Shown here: positions 9,086-21,200 of the stretch, piece after piece
How positions within the stretch are numbered: position 1 is the first letter of the stretch
How the letters are laid out: each line of letters opens with the position of its first letter
Source: a virus
Direction: 5' to 3' (one strand)
Virus record (IMG/VR): IMGVR_UViG_3300031787_009175
Coordinates: 30,784-94,783 of that record
Length of the DNA stretch: 64,000 bases
Position numbers and translations under genes: made by a program
Notes under the pieces: generated by a model
Database searches by the model: none
Seen by the model: only the letters and a program-made list of their open reading frames with translations
Told to the model about the DNA's origin: nothing

Positions 9086-9942
9086 TTCTCTGTTGCATGT
9101 ATTATACCCCCTCTAGGACCTGTTTTATATCCATTAGGTGTGAACACTTTGGACCATATTGGATGGGAATATGATATATCAAAATCTTTGAATCCTGCCA
9201 AATAAGCGGAAACCCCAATCTCGAAACCCTCGGCCCAAGTCCCATATGTAAAATCTTTATTAACTAAATAATCGTGGAACCATTTCCAATTATCTACCAT
9301 TTTTTTTAGTTTACCATCTTTATTGATAAAGATAAGTAAATATTCAGAAGGTAAACCGGCGCCTGCCCAACCGTGATTCTCAAAATCCTTGATAGTTTTT
9401 TTATCAAAATCAATCATATCGTAGTTGTATAATTTGTGCCAAAAAACCGTACAATTCGCATAATCGTATTCCGACTGATTTATTTTTGAAAGACAGTTCG
9501 TGTTAAAAGTATTCAACAAGTTTCTAACTTTATAATCCGTTCTTGGTCCGAAAAAATCAAAACCATCTGATACCATTTTTTCATAGAAATTTTTAATTTC
9601 AGATTCATCCCACCAATCAAAGGAGTTGTCGCAATCTGTAAAGATAATCAAACTATTTTCTAGTTCTTTTACGTGGTCTAAGCAGAGATATCTCATATTA
9701 AAATTGAAATCATCCGCGCCTTTATTTGGACCAATTGGTAACCTTACTTTTAAATCATCACGATTCAATTCTTTTATTTTAATACGACTATTTTCACCGA
9801 ATTTATCTCTTATCAGTTGTGAACAATCTGTCGTGACATATATATCGATTTTTGAAAGAGATAACACATCCTCTATCATCCTCAATGTGTAATCCTTTGT
9901 ATAATTTTGACCTAAACTTAAGGTAGTTATTGCTATTTCCAT
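9082..9942 (-). CDS. Putative GT-A glycosyltransferase
   Basis: ITTLSLGQNY, YVTTD and IFTDCD (DxD motif). Confidence 0.55.
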   Translation of the reverse strand: MEIAITTLSLGQNYTKDYTLRMIEDVLSLSKIDIYVTTDCSQLIRDKFGENSRIKIKELNRDDLKVRLPIGPNKGADDFNFNMRYLCLDHVKELENSLIIFTDCDNSFDWWDESEIKNFYEKMVSDGFDFFGPRTDYKVRNLLNTFNTNCLSKINQSEYDYANCTVFWHKLYNYDMIDFDKKTIKDFENHGWAGAGLPSEYLLIFINKDGKLKKMVDNWKWFHDYLVNKDFTYGTWAEGFEIGVSAYLAGFKDFDISYSHPIWSKVFTPNGYKTGPRGGIIHATEK

Positions 9943-9948
9943 AATGTT

Positions 9949-10497
9949 TTATTTTGTTTTTTTGAAGGCACAATAATAGTAATAATGGGTCCCCATATCT
10001 ATCGGAATTTTTAGTTCTCTCCCATCTAAATTTATCAATTCTAACATAGGATAATATTCTTTCATAAGATTATCATCCAAATCAGGCTGTAAATGAATTT
10101 CATATTTGTTACCAAAAACTTCTCCCTGTGGTAAATAATACGGAACTACGACTAACAACTCCTTACATTTATCCTTTAACCTATTCAAAAGTAACACGGC
10201 ATCCTCTCTAGATAAATGTTCTAATATGTCACCCATAATGATAATATCGTAGTATTTGAATTCAAAATCCATAATATTTACGTTGTAAACATTATCATAC
10301 ATCGATTCTAATTCATATTCTTGAATATACGGTTTCCATATTTCTACAGCATCAAATTTTTGGAAATGGTTATTAAGTAATTTGAAGTAAAAACCATGTC
10401 CGCAACCAACATCTAATATTGATGAATCTTTATCAAAGTTTCTAGTTAAATATTCTTTTACGTCGGGTCCTAAATATCCCCAATTTCCTGGCATCAT
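9949..10497 (-). CDS. Class I SAM-dependent methyltransferase
   Basis: ILDVGCGHG; YDIIIMGDILEHL. Confidence 0.85.
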   Translation of the reverse strand: MMPGNWGYLGPDVKEYLTRNFDKDSSILDVGCGHGFYFKLLNNHFQKFDAVEIWKPYIQEYELESMYDNVYNVNIMDFEFKYYDIIIMGDILEHLSREDAVLLLNRLKDKCKELLVVVPYYLPQGEVFGNKYEIHLQPDLDDNLMKEYYPMLELINLDGRELKIPIDMGTHYYYYCAFKKTK

Positions 10498-10500
10498 TTT

Positions 10501-11373
10501 TTAAAAAAATTTACTAAGTTTATTAATTATTGGTTTTATGTTTTCAGATTCTAAAATTTCCTTTAATAAAAGTTTAGAATTTACTTCAGCATTCAAAAAT
10601 TTACCGTGTCTCACAATCTCAATATAATCAATTAATAAAAAATCTGAACCAATTTCTCTCTCGTCGGCATGGTAAGTTAGAGTAGGATAATGATAGCAAT
10701 AGTTTTTGAATCCAAAATCGAAAAAATTAATTTTTTTTTCGTAGAATGAGTAGTTATAAAACTCTTGTAACTTCCTTTTTTCTCCTTTAGTATTTTTAAT
10801 ATCAGTATTATCTAACTGATGTAGTGAAATCATAGGGTTCGAATTTAATAATTTAATCAGAGAATCTTTTTTCCAAATACATGGCTGAACTGAATACATA
10901 TGTCTAGCGGATTCATCGAATTCATAGAAACAATCCTTAGGGTAGTTGTATTTTTCATAATCTATTTCGGATTTCTTCCAATTACGTATAAACGCTTCCA
11001 AATGTTTTTGGGTGCTGAATGAAATAAAATCCGCTTTCAAATCCTCACAAATATTTACCAAGTTTTCGAACCTTTCTTTTTTAATTGGCGATTTGACCAA
11101 GTAATCATCGCATAACCAAAAAATATATTCTTCAGGTATTTCACTTAAACATTTAGTCATTGTTGGCCCAAAATGACTACCATCTATAGAAAACGGCGTT
11201 CCTGATTCTAAAAAAATGACATTTGGATTAACAATCTGATATGGTATCTTGTTTGACACAACATAGATTTTTTTACCTAAAAAAAAACAATTGTCAACAA
11301 CAAATTTTAATGTTAATTCTAGTAATTCAAAATAATTCTCATTAGTAAAAATAATAAAACAAATATCTCTCAT
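10501..11373 (-). CDS. Putative GT-A glycosyltransferase
   Basis: YIFWLCDDY; YSVQPCIWKK pattern; operon context. Confidence 0.5.
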   Translation of the reverse strand: MRDICFIIFTNENYFELLELTLKFVVDNCFFLGKKIYVVSNKIPYQIVNPNVIFLESGTPFSIDGSHFGPTMTKCLSEIPEEYIFWLCDDYLVKSPIKKERFENLVNICEDLKADFISFSTQKHLEAFIRNWKKSEIDYEKYNYPKDCFYEFDESARHMYSVQPCIWKKDSLIKLLNSNPMISLHQLDNTDIKNTKGEKRKLQEFYNYSFYEKKINFFDFGFKNYCYHYPTLTYHADEREIGSDFLLIDYIEIVRHGKFLNAEVNSKLLLKEILESENIKPIINKLSKFF

Positions 11374-11379
11374 AAAATC

Positions 11380-12747
11380 TCAATCCAAACTTAGAAAAGT
11401 GTTTAAATCCTCAGGAGTTCCTAATCCGAACATTTTATTAACATTGAATGTTTTAATTTTTTTTGAGTCTTCAATTGCTTGATTAAATACAGGACAGACA
11501 TAAAATTCATTATTTACTCTTATATTTTTTTCTATCATTTGTTCTGCATATTTAACATAATCTGAACCTTTTTTCCAAAAATAAATACCTACAGTAGCAA
11601 CATCTGATATCGGTTTTTTTTCCGCAACCTCAGTCACTAACCCAAATTCATTCAATTTAACAAATGACCATTTTGGGTGAGTCGATTTAAATGTAACTAT
11701 ACCCGCATCACACTCCGTTTCATTCATTTTATACATAAATTCATTGGAGTCCCACTCGATGAATTGGTCTGAATTAGCAATTATTAATGGATTATCGTTA
11801 TCAATGAACTTAGTAGCTAATAATGTAGTACACGCAGCACCTTCAGTTATTCCGTCAACCTCAACAATCTGACACGTTGGGGTTACTAAATTTAACAATG
11901 TATCTAAGTTATATTTTTCTCTGTGTCTTTTTTGAACGATAAAAATATAATTACCGTCAATATTTAAATTATCGACAACTAATTTAATCATTGGCTCACC
12001 ATTAACGTCAATCAATGGTTTTGGAAATGTATAACCCGCTCTCTCAAATCTACTTCCGGCTCCGGCCATAGGTATCAATATGTTTAATTTTTTATCTGAC
12101 CATTTTGGTGATTTAATAGTTTTTGAATTATTTAATTCATTTAACTTTTTTATGATTTTATCATAAGTTACATCATCAGCGTTTTTAACTCTTAAAACAT
12201 TTGAGTAACTTCTATTTGCGGCCAATAAACCGTAAGGTGAATCCTCAATAATTAATGTTTCTTCGGGTAAACATTCCATCATAGAAATCGCTTTCCAAAA
12301 AATTTCAGGATGAGGTTTACTGTTTTTAACATCTTCATTAGATAATACCAAATCAAAAAATTCAATAATTTCTAGTTTAGATAACACGGTTAATACAGTT
12401 TTTCTGACACTGTTACTGCAACAAACTATTTTATATTTTAATTTTGATAATTCAGATAAACAAAATATTAATTTTTGCGATTTTTCTAAATTAAGAATTT
12501 TTTTTAAAGTGTATTTTTGTTTTGTTTCCCAAACCACATTAAATGATGATGTAGGTAAACCTTTATTAGTGTGTAATAATTTTAATTTTTGATTTGTTTT
12601 TAAACCATCATATAAACTTAAATGTTCATTCCATTCAATTACATATTGTTCTCCAACATCTTTTAAAGCCTTATTTAAACTTTCATAGTGTATTTCTTTA
12701 GCATCTAATAAAACGCCGTCTAAATCAAAAATTATTGTTTTAATCAT
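11380..12747 (-). CDS. Fused HAD phosphatase / sugar nucleotidyltransferase
   Basis: FDLDGVL, KPHPE, IEDS (HAD) followed by IPMAGAGSRF...PKPLI, NSDQ, GLGTPEDL (NTP transferase). Confidence 0.85.
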   Translation of the reverse strand: MIKTIIFDLDGVLLDAKEIHYESLNKALKDVGEQYVIEWNEHLSLYDGLKTNQKLKLLHTNKGLPTSSFNVVWETKQKYTLKKILNLEKSQKLIFCLSELSKLKYKIVCCSNSVRKTVLTVLSKLEIIEFFDLVLSNEDVKNSKPHPEIFWKAISMMECLPEETLIIEDSPYGLLAANRSYSNVLRVKNADDVTYDKIIKKLNELNNSKTIKSPKWSDKKLNILIPMAGAGSRFERAGYTFPKPLIDVNGEPMIKLVVDNLNIDGNYIFIVQKRHREKYNLDTLLNLVTPTCQIVEVDGITEGAACTTLLATKFIDNDNPLIIANSDQFIEWDSNEFMYKMNETECDAGIVTFKSTHPKWSFVKLNEFGLVTEVAEKKPISDVATVGIYFWKKGSDYVKYAEQMIEKNIRVNNEFYVCPVFNQAIEDSKKIKTFNVNKMFGLGTPEDLNTFLSLD

Positions 12748-12748
12748 A

Positions 12749-13444
12749 TTACTTTTGTATATAAGCGGTAGGACATAAAAAATTTATAGATTTTAACTCT
12801 AAGTTTTTTTCTTGGATAAAACGGTCAACCCCTTTAGATTCACTCCACTTGTGGTAACCATATTCATCAAACACGATAATACCTCCCTTAGTCATATTGC
12901 CCCAAAAATTCGATAGTGTGTCATAAGTTGGTTTTTCTAAATCTAAATCCATATACAATAATGAAATTTTAAAACCAGGATTCTCATTTGAGAACATGTG
13001 AGTCGTAACAGATACGTCACCCTTAATTAAGTCAAATTCGTTAGGTAAAAAACCATCATTTAAAATCTTATTATATAAAATATCTCTATAATTTTCATCA
13101 TGATTAAAGTTTCGTTCTTTAAATAAACTATTCATATAAGTTTTATCTAAATCGTTTGTTAAGGTTGATACTAAACCATCATTATCAAAATAATCAAACC
13201 CAATTACTTTTTTATGAGTATTCGGATTAAAGACCCTCTTCAATTTTAAAAAAGAATATAAACCAGTACCTTTAAAAACACCACATTCAACTATATCTCC
13301 AGGAATATTTTTAACTTTATTATATATAAGTGTTCTTGCGATTAATTTATTAAAGATTTTAGTGTCCTCACTTAAAATAAAATTATTAAACGAATCGAAC
13401 AATTCTTGAGGTGTTTCAGTTAATTCTAAGTTTTTTATGTTCAT
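12749..13444 (-). CDS. TylF/MycF-like sugar O-methyltransferase
   Basis: PGDIVECGVFKG; LYMDLDL; GGIIVFDEY. Confidence 0.8.
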   Translation of the reverse strand: MNIKNLELTETPQELFDSFNNFILSEDTKIFNKLIARTLIYNKVKNIPGDIVECGVFKGTGLYSFLKLKRVFNPNTHKKVIGFDYFDNDGLVSTLTNDLDKTYMNSLFKERNFNHDENYRDILYNKILNDGFLPNEFDLIKGDVSVTTHMFSNENPGFKISLLYMDLDLEKPTYDTLSNFWGNMTKGGIIVFDEYGYHKWSESKGVDRFIQEKNLELKSINFLCPTAYIQK

Positions 13445-13887
13445 ATTTTTTTGTTATATTTTTCTATAACATCACTACATATACCAATACATAACGATGT
13501 ATTATCATCGTGCAATTCAGGTAAAACTGATATACTATTTTTAATGGGTTGTTTACCTGGATAAACCCATATGTGGTTATGCGATGTTAGTGTTATAGTA
13601 TCTGTTTCATGCCAAAAATAATTGAACTCATATTGATTTGTTTTAAAAAAAATTAATGAGTTAATATTCTTACAGTGAATCCATAATTTAGATTTTCTAT
13701 CTTCTAACCAATCAAGATTTATATCGTAAAGTGGTTTATCGTGTCCTAAAAATATATTGTCATTAACAACCCACACATCTATCTCAACATCATAACCGGA
13801 ATAGATTGCTTCATCTATGTATTCAGGATGGTTTTCTCTTAATTTATTTTCACCATTTATATTTCCTCTATGAGAAATCAATATCAT
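13441..13887 (-). CDS. Small GDPD/PLC-like phosphodiesterase
   Basis: ISHRGN, EN, VEIDV, LGHD, WIHCKN, GICSD. Confidence 0.7.
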   Translation of the reverse strand: MILISHRGNINGENKLRENHPEYIDEAIYSGYDVEIDVWVVNDNIFLGHDKPLYDINLDWLEDRKSKLWIHCKNINSLIFFKTNQYEFNYFWHETDTITLTSHNHIWVYPGKQPIKNSISVLPELHDDNTSLCIGICSDVIEKYNKKI

Positions 13888-15134
13888 AAATTCCCCGTTA
13901 TTCTTTCACACCATCCCTTAGATGTGGAATATGGCCATACAACCCAATACTTTGGTTTGTGAGATGTTTGGAATTCTCTCCAAACCTTACAATATCCATC
14001 AGGGTCATTTTTCATTCTGTTAATTTCATTTACATCAGCATCCTTTCTGAAAATTGTTTCGTCTTGTTCGTTGTGAAATGCAACTACCCAAAATTCATAA
14101 TCTTCTTCCGGAACTTGAGAATAACCAATATCAATACAATGTTTGAAAATTGATGCAAAACTATTTTTCCAATCCTCTTCGTTCTCAAAATTATATGTGT
14201 TTGGGGGATATGTTTTATCGATTGTTTCCTGTTGGATTGCCCTTCTTTCGAATAACAATCCTGAATATTTTTCATAATCCCTTAATGTTCTTTCAGTACC
14301 AAATCCATAAATTCCAAATTCATCGGGATTATAAGTTTCACCGTCCATAGAAAATAATTTTCTATTCTTAAGATGTGCTCTGTTGTTTTTTGAAACCCAA
14401 TCTCTATCATCGTCCCATTGTTTAGTTCTACCTTTTCTTGTATATTCGTGCCAAATTAATGCTTTATGTGGGTGAAACAAATCATATCCGTGTGTGTAAG
14501 CTCTTGCTGCGATTGAAATTTCTTCTCCGTGAAAATAGAATTCGGGGTCGTGTTGAACTTCTTTAGAAAATTCACCTAATGTGAAGCAGTAGTGTGCTGA
14601 GTAAAATCTCGCAGTAACAGGTTCCTTCAATTCCTGCCAATTTGGTATTGTTTCAGGTAAAAAGAAAACCGCCCCCTCAGGTATAAATCTATCGAACACC
14701 ATCCTCCAAGGTTCTTGAATTCTTTCTTGTGGGTCGTTATCAGGATTAAACGATGAAACATATCCCGTTAGAAGAGGTTTTTTATGACCTTTCTTTTGTA
14801 ATTGTTTAATCATTTTAATCATTTCATCATCCCAATTTGGTGCAAACCTCATATGTGAGTCAATTTGTAAGGTGTATTCTTCACCTTGATATAGTTGTTG
14901 AATTTGATTTCTTGCCCAACAAGCGCCATTTGACTCTAAATAAAAAATATCAAGTATTCTAAATCTTTTATCTTTTCTATATTCATCTAAAGTGTCAAAT
15001 TTATCATCAGGATGATATTGACGGGCAATTCCAAAAACTAAATTTTTTGGTTTTTTTGCATTTTCGATTGCTGATTTAATTGTTTTTTCTAATTCGGGGT
15101 CCCTATAAGACGCAATTTGAATAAAAATTTTCAT
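13884..15134 (-). CDS. GT60-like polypeptide N-acetylglucosaminyltransferase
   Basis: IFIQIASYRDPEL, GACWAR, LQIDSHMRF..WD, FHGEE, HEY: motifs of the Skp1/mucin-type alpha-GlcNAc transferase family. Confidence 0.8.
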   Translation of the reverse strand: MKIFIQIASYRDPELEKTIKSAIENAKKPKNLVFGIARQYHPDDKFDTLDEYRKDKRFRILDIFYLESNGACWARNQIQQLYQGEEYTLQIDSHMRFAPNWDDEMIKMIKQLQKKGHKKPLLTGYVSSFNPDNDPQERIQEPWRMVFDRFIPEGAVFFLPETIPNWQELKEPVTARFYSAHYCFTLGEFSKEVQHDPEFYFHGEEISIAARAYTHGYDLFHPHKALIWHEYTRKGRTKQWDDDRDWVSKNNRAHLKNRKLFSMDGETYNPDEFGIYGFGTERTLRDYEKYSGLLFERRAIQQETIDKTYPPNTYNFENEEDWKNSFASIFKHCIDIGYSQVPEEDYEFWVVAFHNEQDETIFRKDADVNEINRMKNDPDGYCKVWREFQTSHKPKYWVVWPYSTSKGWCERITGNL

Positions 15135-15206
15135 ATATTATTGTTCTATTTTGATATAAAAATAATACTTGAAAAAAACAAATAAATAGATTATTTAAGT
15201 GATTTA

Positions 15207-18200
15207 CTATGGTAATCCCCACGGAGCGCATTTAGGGTCGTGAGTTAAATCTGTAATTGTTGTGTATGTTGTACCAGGAGGACCTGGTATCATATCTCCT
15301 GATACAAGTGTGAATACGTAGTTACCGGATGAAAAAGTTATGTTGAACACTGCACCATTGACTGTTGCAACATAAAACTGAGGTAAAGTAATGCCTGGGA
15401 ATGGGAAAAACGGTCCTGACGCTCCATTAGATACAGGTAAGTTTAACTTTTGGGTTGTAGATTGTACCGAGTAAGTAAATGTGAATTGGTTGTAAATTAT
15501 ATCCACTAAATAAGTGTCAACGCCAACTTTGATTGGTAAAACAAAACTAGAAGGTTCTTCGTACAAATGTATAGAACCGTTCAATGTACCACCACTAGGT
15601 AAGTCAAATAGGAAAGTTTCTACAGGTGTTGAGGTTGCTATATTTACTCTATACATTTTCTGAACCCCTAAAACAGATTTTACATAATGTAGGATGTTGT
15701 TTGTACCAGGTTGGTTGTTTGCGATTTTTATTATATTACCACCAGTTACGTTTATAGTTCTATTATATATCGGATTGAAATTTGTGGCTGTAGTTGTAAA
15801 TTCATATATATTATTCATATCCGCAAAATACATTTTGTTGGTAGGACTATAAATGTTGGCAAAAGTGGTCAAAGAACCTGATGATAATTGAACCTCAATA
15901 TCTTCATACCAAATATTAGTTGCTAAAGAAGTGGGAGGTTGAGCGTATCTCGAAATGTTTGTCAGAGTTGTATATCCCAATGGTTCTCTTGTCATACTAT
16001 AGATATTACAACCCTGAATTCTTGTGATTGTATATGTATTAGAAAACCCTGATACTTGTTGACAAATAACTGAACTTCTATCACCCGCTGGAGGACAAGC
16101 ACCTTCTGAAAGTGGGTCACAACAAATTTTCACAACTCTGAAAAATAAGTTTGTGAATGAATTCGGAATTGGTCCATTGTTTACTGTTTGGGGAGATGTA
16201 CAAGAAAAATTAACACTTCCGATAAAACCTAACCAAGGACCATTCGGACTCACTGTAGAATATTGGACATTTACATCACAACAAGAATTACAATCAATTA
16301 AATCAAAAAACACACTATAAGTCCAACCACCATTTTGCTGGAATGAATAAGTTATATTAGTTATGTTCGGTCCGCAACAACAATCACTCGGTGTGTTAAT
16401 AAAAATACATTCATCACAATCACGACTAACTTTATATGATGCTGATAAAGATGTTGTTATGTCAGGAGAGTTACTACTTAATCCAAGCACCTGTAGACAC
16501 ATGTTATTTGGTGGTGCTAAGTAAATTTGGAACACTTGTGCGGTTATAAATTCATTATATTGTAAAGAAGTTAAACCGGTCAACCTTACATAATATGTCT
16601 GTGACGTACAACAACTTTCTGTTTCTAGAGTGACCTCAAAGTTCGTTTGAGTTGGAGTCGGTGTGACAGTAGGTGTTTTTGTAACTGTAGGTGTTTGAGT
16701 TGGTGTTTGAGTATTTGTAGGGCTCTGCGTTAAAGTCGGAGTTTGTGTCGGCGTTTGTGACTTTGTTGGGGTTGGTGTTTTTGTCGGTGTTTTAGTTTGT
16801 GTAACAGTAGGGGTTACTGTTTTTGTTGGGGTAGGTGTCGGAGTAGGTGTCGGAGTAGGTGTTGGTGTTGGGGTAGAACTAACAGGTGATAAGCAGTTCG
16901 CGCAATCAACATAAGGACCTCCGTTTACCGTTGCTGTAAATTGTGAATTAACGCAACCTGTGAGTGTATCGATAACGGTGAAACAATTTTCTTCGATTCT
17001 TTCTATCCCTATTATATTGTTTGCATTATATGTTACGTTATTAATTGTAATACTACTAAAATTACCACCAACTAAATATCTTCCACTTTGATTGTCTATT
17101 TTGATGATATCGTAAAACTCACTATTTGTACTACCTGTCATAGTTTGAAGAAGAGAACCATCTGAGTTAACATAGTACAATTTGCCAATATTCTTGTTAG
17201 TACCAACTAAAAATTTTCCATCACTCAAAAGAAGGATTTTCAAAAAAATTTGGGTCGAGGTAAATCCACTAGACCAAGATTGGGCGTTGAATGTATTGTC
17301 GATTGTCCCGCCAGAATCGAATCGTACGATATTTACAATATTTTGGGTATTTGCCGATGAAAATCCACCAACCACAACAATCTTACCGTCGTTTTGAATC
17401 ACTAAGTCTATTGCACCTCCTAAACCTCCAACGTTGTTTACAGTACCAGAGAATGTAGTGTCCAAAGTACCATCCGTATTTAACCTCATAATACCTTTAA
17501 GAGGGTTGGAATTATAACCAGTTATATTTCCACCGACAACAACTTTATCGTCAGATTGTAATTTGATTGTAAAAATATCTCTCATTTCAGCACCATTACC
17601 ATAATTGACAAAAGAGGTATCTATTTCCCCATTGGATTTCAACTTTATTAATCCTGGACTTGAAAATCCTGAATATGTGGTAAATGTACCTCCAACAAAA
17701 AATCTATCTTGTACTAATGTATCTAAAGTTAATACATAAACCTCTTGGTTAAATCCTGTACTTGAAGAGAATGTATTATCGTAAACCCCTGCATCGGTTG
17801 TTCTGACGATATAGTTAACGTTATTTACTCCATAACCTGTAAATCTACCACCCAAAATTATATTCCCTGTTGACTGTTCAATTGTATCGAAAACATAAGA
17901 ATTGGCACCACCCGCATCTGTATAATTTTGGAACTCATTAGAATCAAATAAAGAATCGAAAGTTCCAACACCATTTGTGGATGTGTACAAATAAGCGATA
18001 TTTCCGTTGTATGCTGAAAAAGAACCACCATAAATTATTGTATCGGCTTTCTGAGTGAGTTGTAATAAACTTGAAACCTGTGCATTCAGACCGCTAAAAC
18101 CTATCCCATATACAAATTCTTGGTCTTTGTAAAATACATCAGGGAATCCTGTAATGTTATATGTGTTATTTTCCAACAAAGTTGTGGTACTGTCGGCGGT

Positions 18201-21200
18201 AAAGGTCAACCCACTCACTGTACATGAACTCAAAACGTACGATTCTAAATTCACACTTGTACAACCATTACAATCACTATAACCTGTCCAAGCAATTGTT
18301 GCACCTGTTGTTTCAACACTACCCCCACCTCTACTATAACACAAATCATTATAAACAATCACAGGTTGGAAATATATAGAATATCCCGCATCATAAATAG
18401 GGATTATATCTCCACCATCACAACAATTTGTGTAATCCCTAACTCCAAACCCACACGGGTTACCTAGATTGTTTAACGCTACCGTACAATTGATATAGTC
18501 GTAATTTATAAAACAGTTAGTACCGAAGTTACCTGTTGAAGCACTTACCATAGAATATGGTAGACTGTCATCAGGATTAATAACAACATTACCCGCCACG
18601 AAGTTTTCAGGAACAATTCCAAATGTGACTAAAGTTGGAGTACCGTATGGGTCATCGCAACAAGATATAAAATCATAAGCGGTAAATCCACACTCACACT
18701 TGTTTTGTTGTTGACACTGAAGACATTCTCCAGTTTGGAAATCCGGAATTTCATAACTGAAAACACCTGATTGACTATTATCAAATGCAACCAATTTAAA
18801 ACATTTTGTGCCTGTTATGGTCGGGTCTTCATATTGTACAATATCACCAATATCCCAACCTGTATTATTTACATTGAAATAATATGTTAGTGTTTCGGTG
18901 CAACAATCTGTAAATCTTGCTCTTGTACAATATTGATTTAGATAATTAGACTCGCATGTTGAGCAATCACTTAAGAATGAACTAACAGGGAACGGTACTT
19001 GTGGGTTTACAGACCCAATGGTTGAACTTCCATTGAAATATAAACAAACTCCGACGGCCGTACCTCCACCTAATCCTCCCGTACCTTGAGTTGTTGTAGT
19101 ATTTCCTATTTGTAAATCATAAGAGAATTGAGTACCATATTGTGTTGTTTGTCCCGTCGGCACGACATTAACAACAAATTGTGTATCACCTGAACAACAA
19201 TCTAAAAATATCATAGGACAACCAACAGTTTGTACACATTCCCAACAAGTTGTATAAGCGGTAGTTGTATAGCTTTCACTATAAGTGCCCTCCTCAGGCA
19301 GATACTGATAAGCACTATAACATTGATTATTTGTTGTATCGGTGACTACATCTCCGACAGACCAAGAGTGTGTGAAAGTATCTAATAAATAATATTTTAC
19401 ATCGGTTTGAGTACAACAATCTCTGAATTCCCAAACTTGGAATTGAGGTGCGGGGGTTGGGGTCAAAGTCGGTGTCTGAGTAACCGTTACAGTTGGTGTT
19501 ACGGTTGGGGTTTGAGTATTTGTCGGTGTTTGAGTATTTGTAGGAGTTTGTGTGTTAGTAGGTGTGACGGTTGTGGTTGGCGTTTGTGTCTTGGTTGGTG
19601 TAGGAGTTGGAGCTGGTGTTTTAGTTGGAGTTTGGCTTACACAATTTATTGTACCATAAATGTCCAATTGGCATGCATCACAATCGTTATAGACTGATGA
19701 TAATGCAGGTGGATTAGTTAATGTGTAGATTGTAGTTGGATTGGATTCTATTATCGTTGCACAACCAACAAACAAATCCGAAACAATATATAACGTTTCT
19801 CCTATTTCATAGTTATATGGTATGGATGCAAATTCATCAGCAAAAATGAACTTTATTGAATTACAACAAGAGCTGAAACATCTAGTAACTTGGGCGGAAC
19901 ATAATTCACAATTATCAAATGTAGCACCTGTAATATAACTGCTTATGACAGATGGTGATGAATCAATAATATCTACCAAAGTCCAACAACCAGATAAATT
20001 AGACAATCCTACAACATCACCTAAGTTTATCGGAAGTGGTTCATCTACAAATACACAATTATCCGTAGGTTCGTTATATGAAATAATTCTATTGAATGAA
20101 TTTGTGATATTTGTTGTCGAGAACCCTGTTACAGTTGGGTCAATCTGCCAATTAAAGTTTTTCAATCCTACACCATCTTGTAATGATGGAGTCAGGTTTT
20201 GATAAACCGTACTAGCCGTAAACGCTGTAATAGGATTTATTGTTTCCAAAGTAACAAATGTCCAATTAGGTGACATAACAGGATTTATAAACGGCCATAC
20301 ACCACCATTGAAATTGTATTTGTTACCAAAATATGTCGATGTATTTGTCTCGCCTTCAATTATAGCCAAAGAAGTTAAAATGAATTGATATCCAATAGGT
20401 AGGTTATATGGTTGAGGTAATATTCCTGCAAAAGAAGGTTCAGGATATAAAAAGTTTTCTATTTCCCCTAAAGATACATATTTCAAATCATACCAAACAT
20501 TCAAATATGCCTCATAATCATCTAACACATTAGTTAAATTGAAATTAAAATTATCCGGTTGATTAGTTGTATTACCTGATGTATTATATCCACTAGTGTT
20601 GGTAGTATAAGCGTTTTGAGCCTCATTTATGATATTAATAGTGATATAGTTAGTATCTCTGAATGAATCTACGTTTCCACCATAGGTATATATCGGTGAT
20701 GAATTTACCGTGTCAGATGAGAAAGAATTTCTTATACCACTCGAATATTGGTTTTTTGTCCCATCGAAATTTAAACCTCTGTTGATATTATAGTTCACTG
20801 TACCAACACCCCCATCAACAACATAACAGTTCAAAGGATTACTTATAAATCCTGATGACAATGTTCCTCCCAATAAAGACCCCAAATACGGATAGCAAGA
20901 CCACCACATCCAATTCATACCGTATACCACCATTTCGTATAAATTTCCAGTGTAACCGCTATTGTTTACTAAATCCGAATACCAAGACCTAATATTTTGA
21001 GATGCCCCACTTAATGTTGACGGTGAGTACGAAGGACTTGCATCATAAAAAACATAAATGTTTTTTGTTAAATCGGTTGTCGCCGAACACTGACACATTT
21101 GATAAATTGGATTGAAAGAACATTCACCTTGTGAGTTTGTACAACCACTACAACTTGCAAATGTAGAACCTGTATTTGAATTTAGGTAATATAAATTTTC

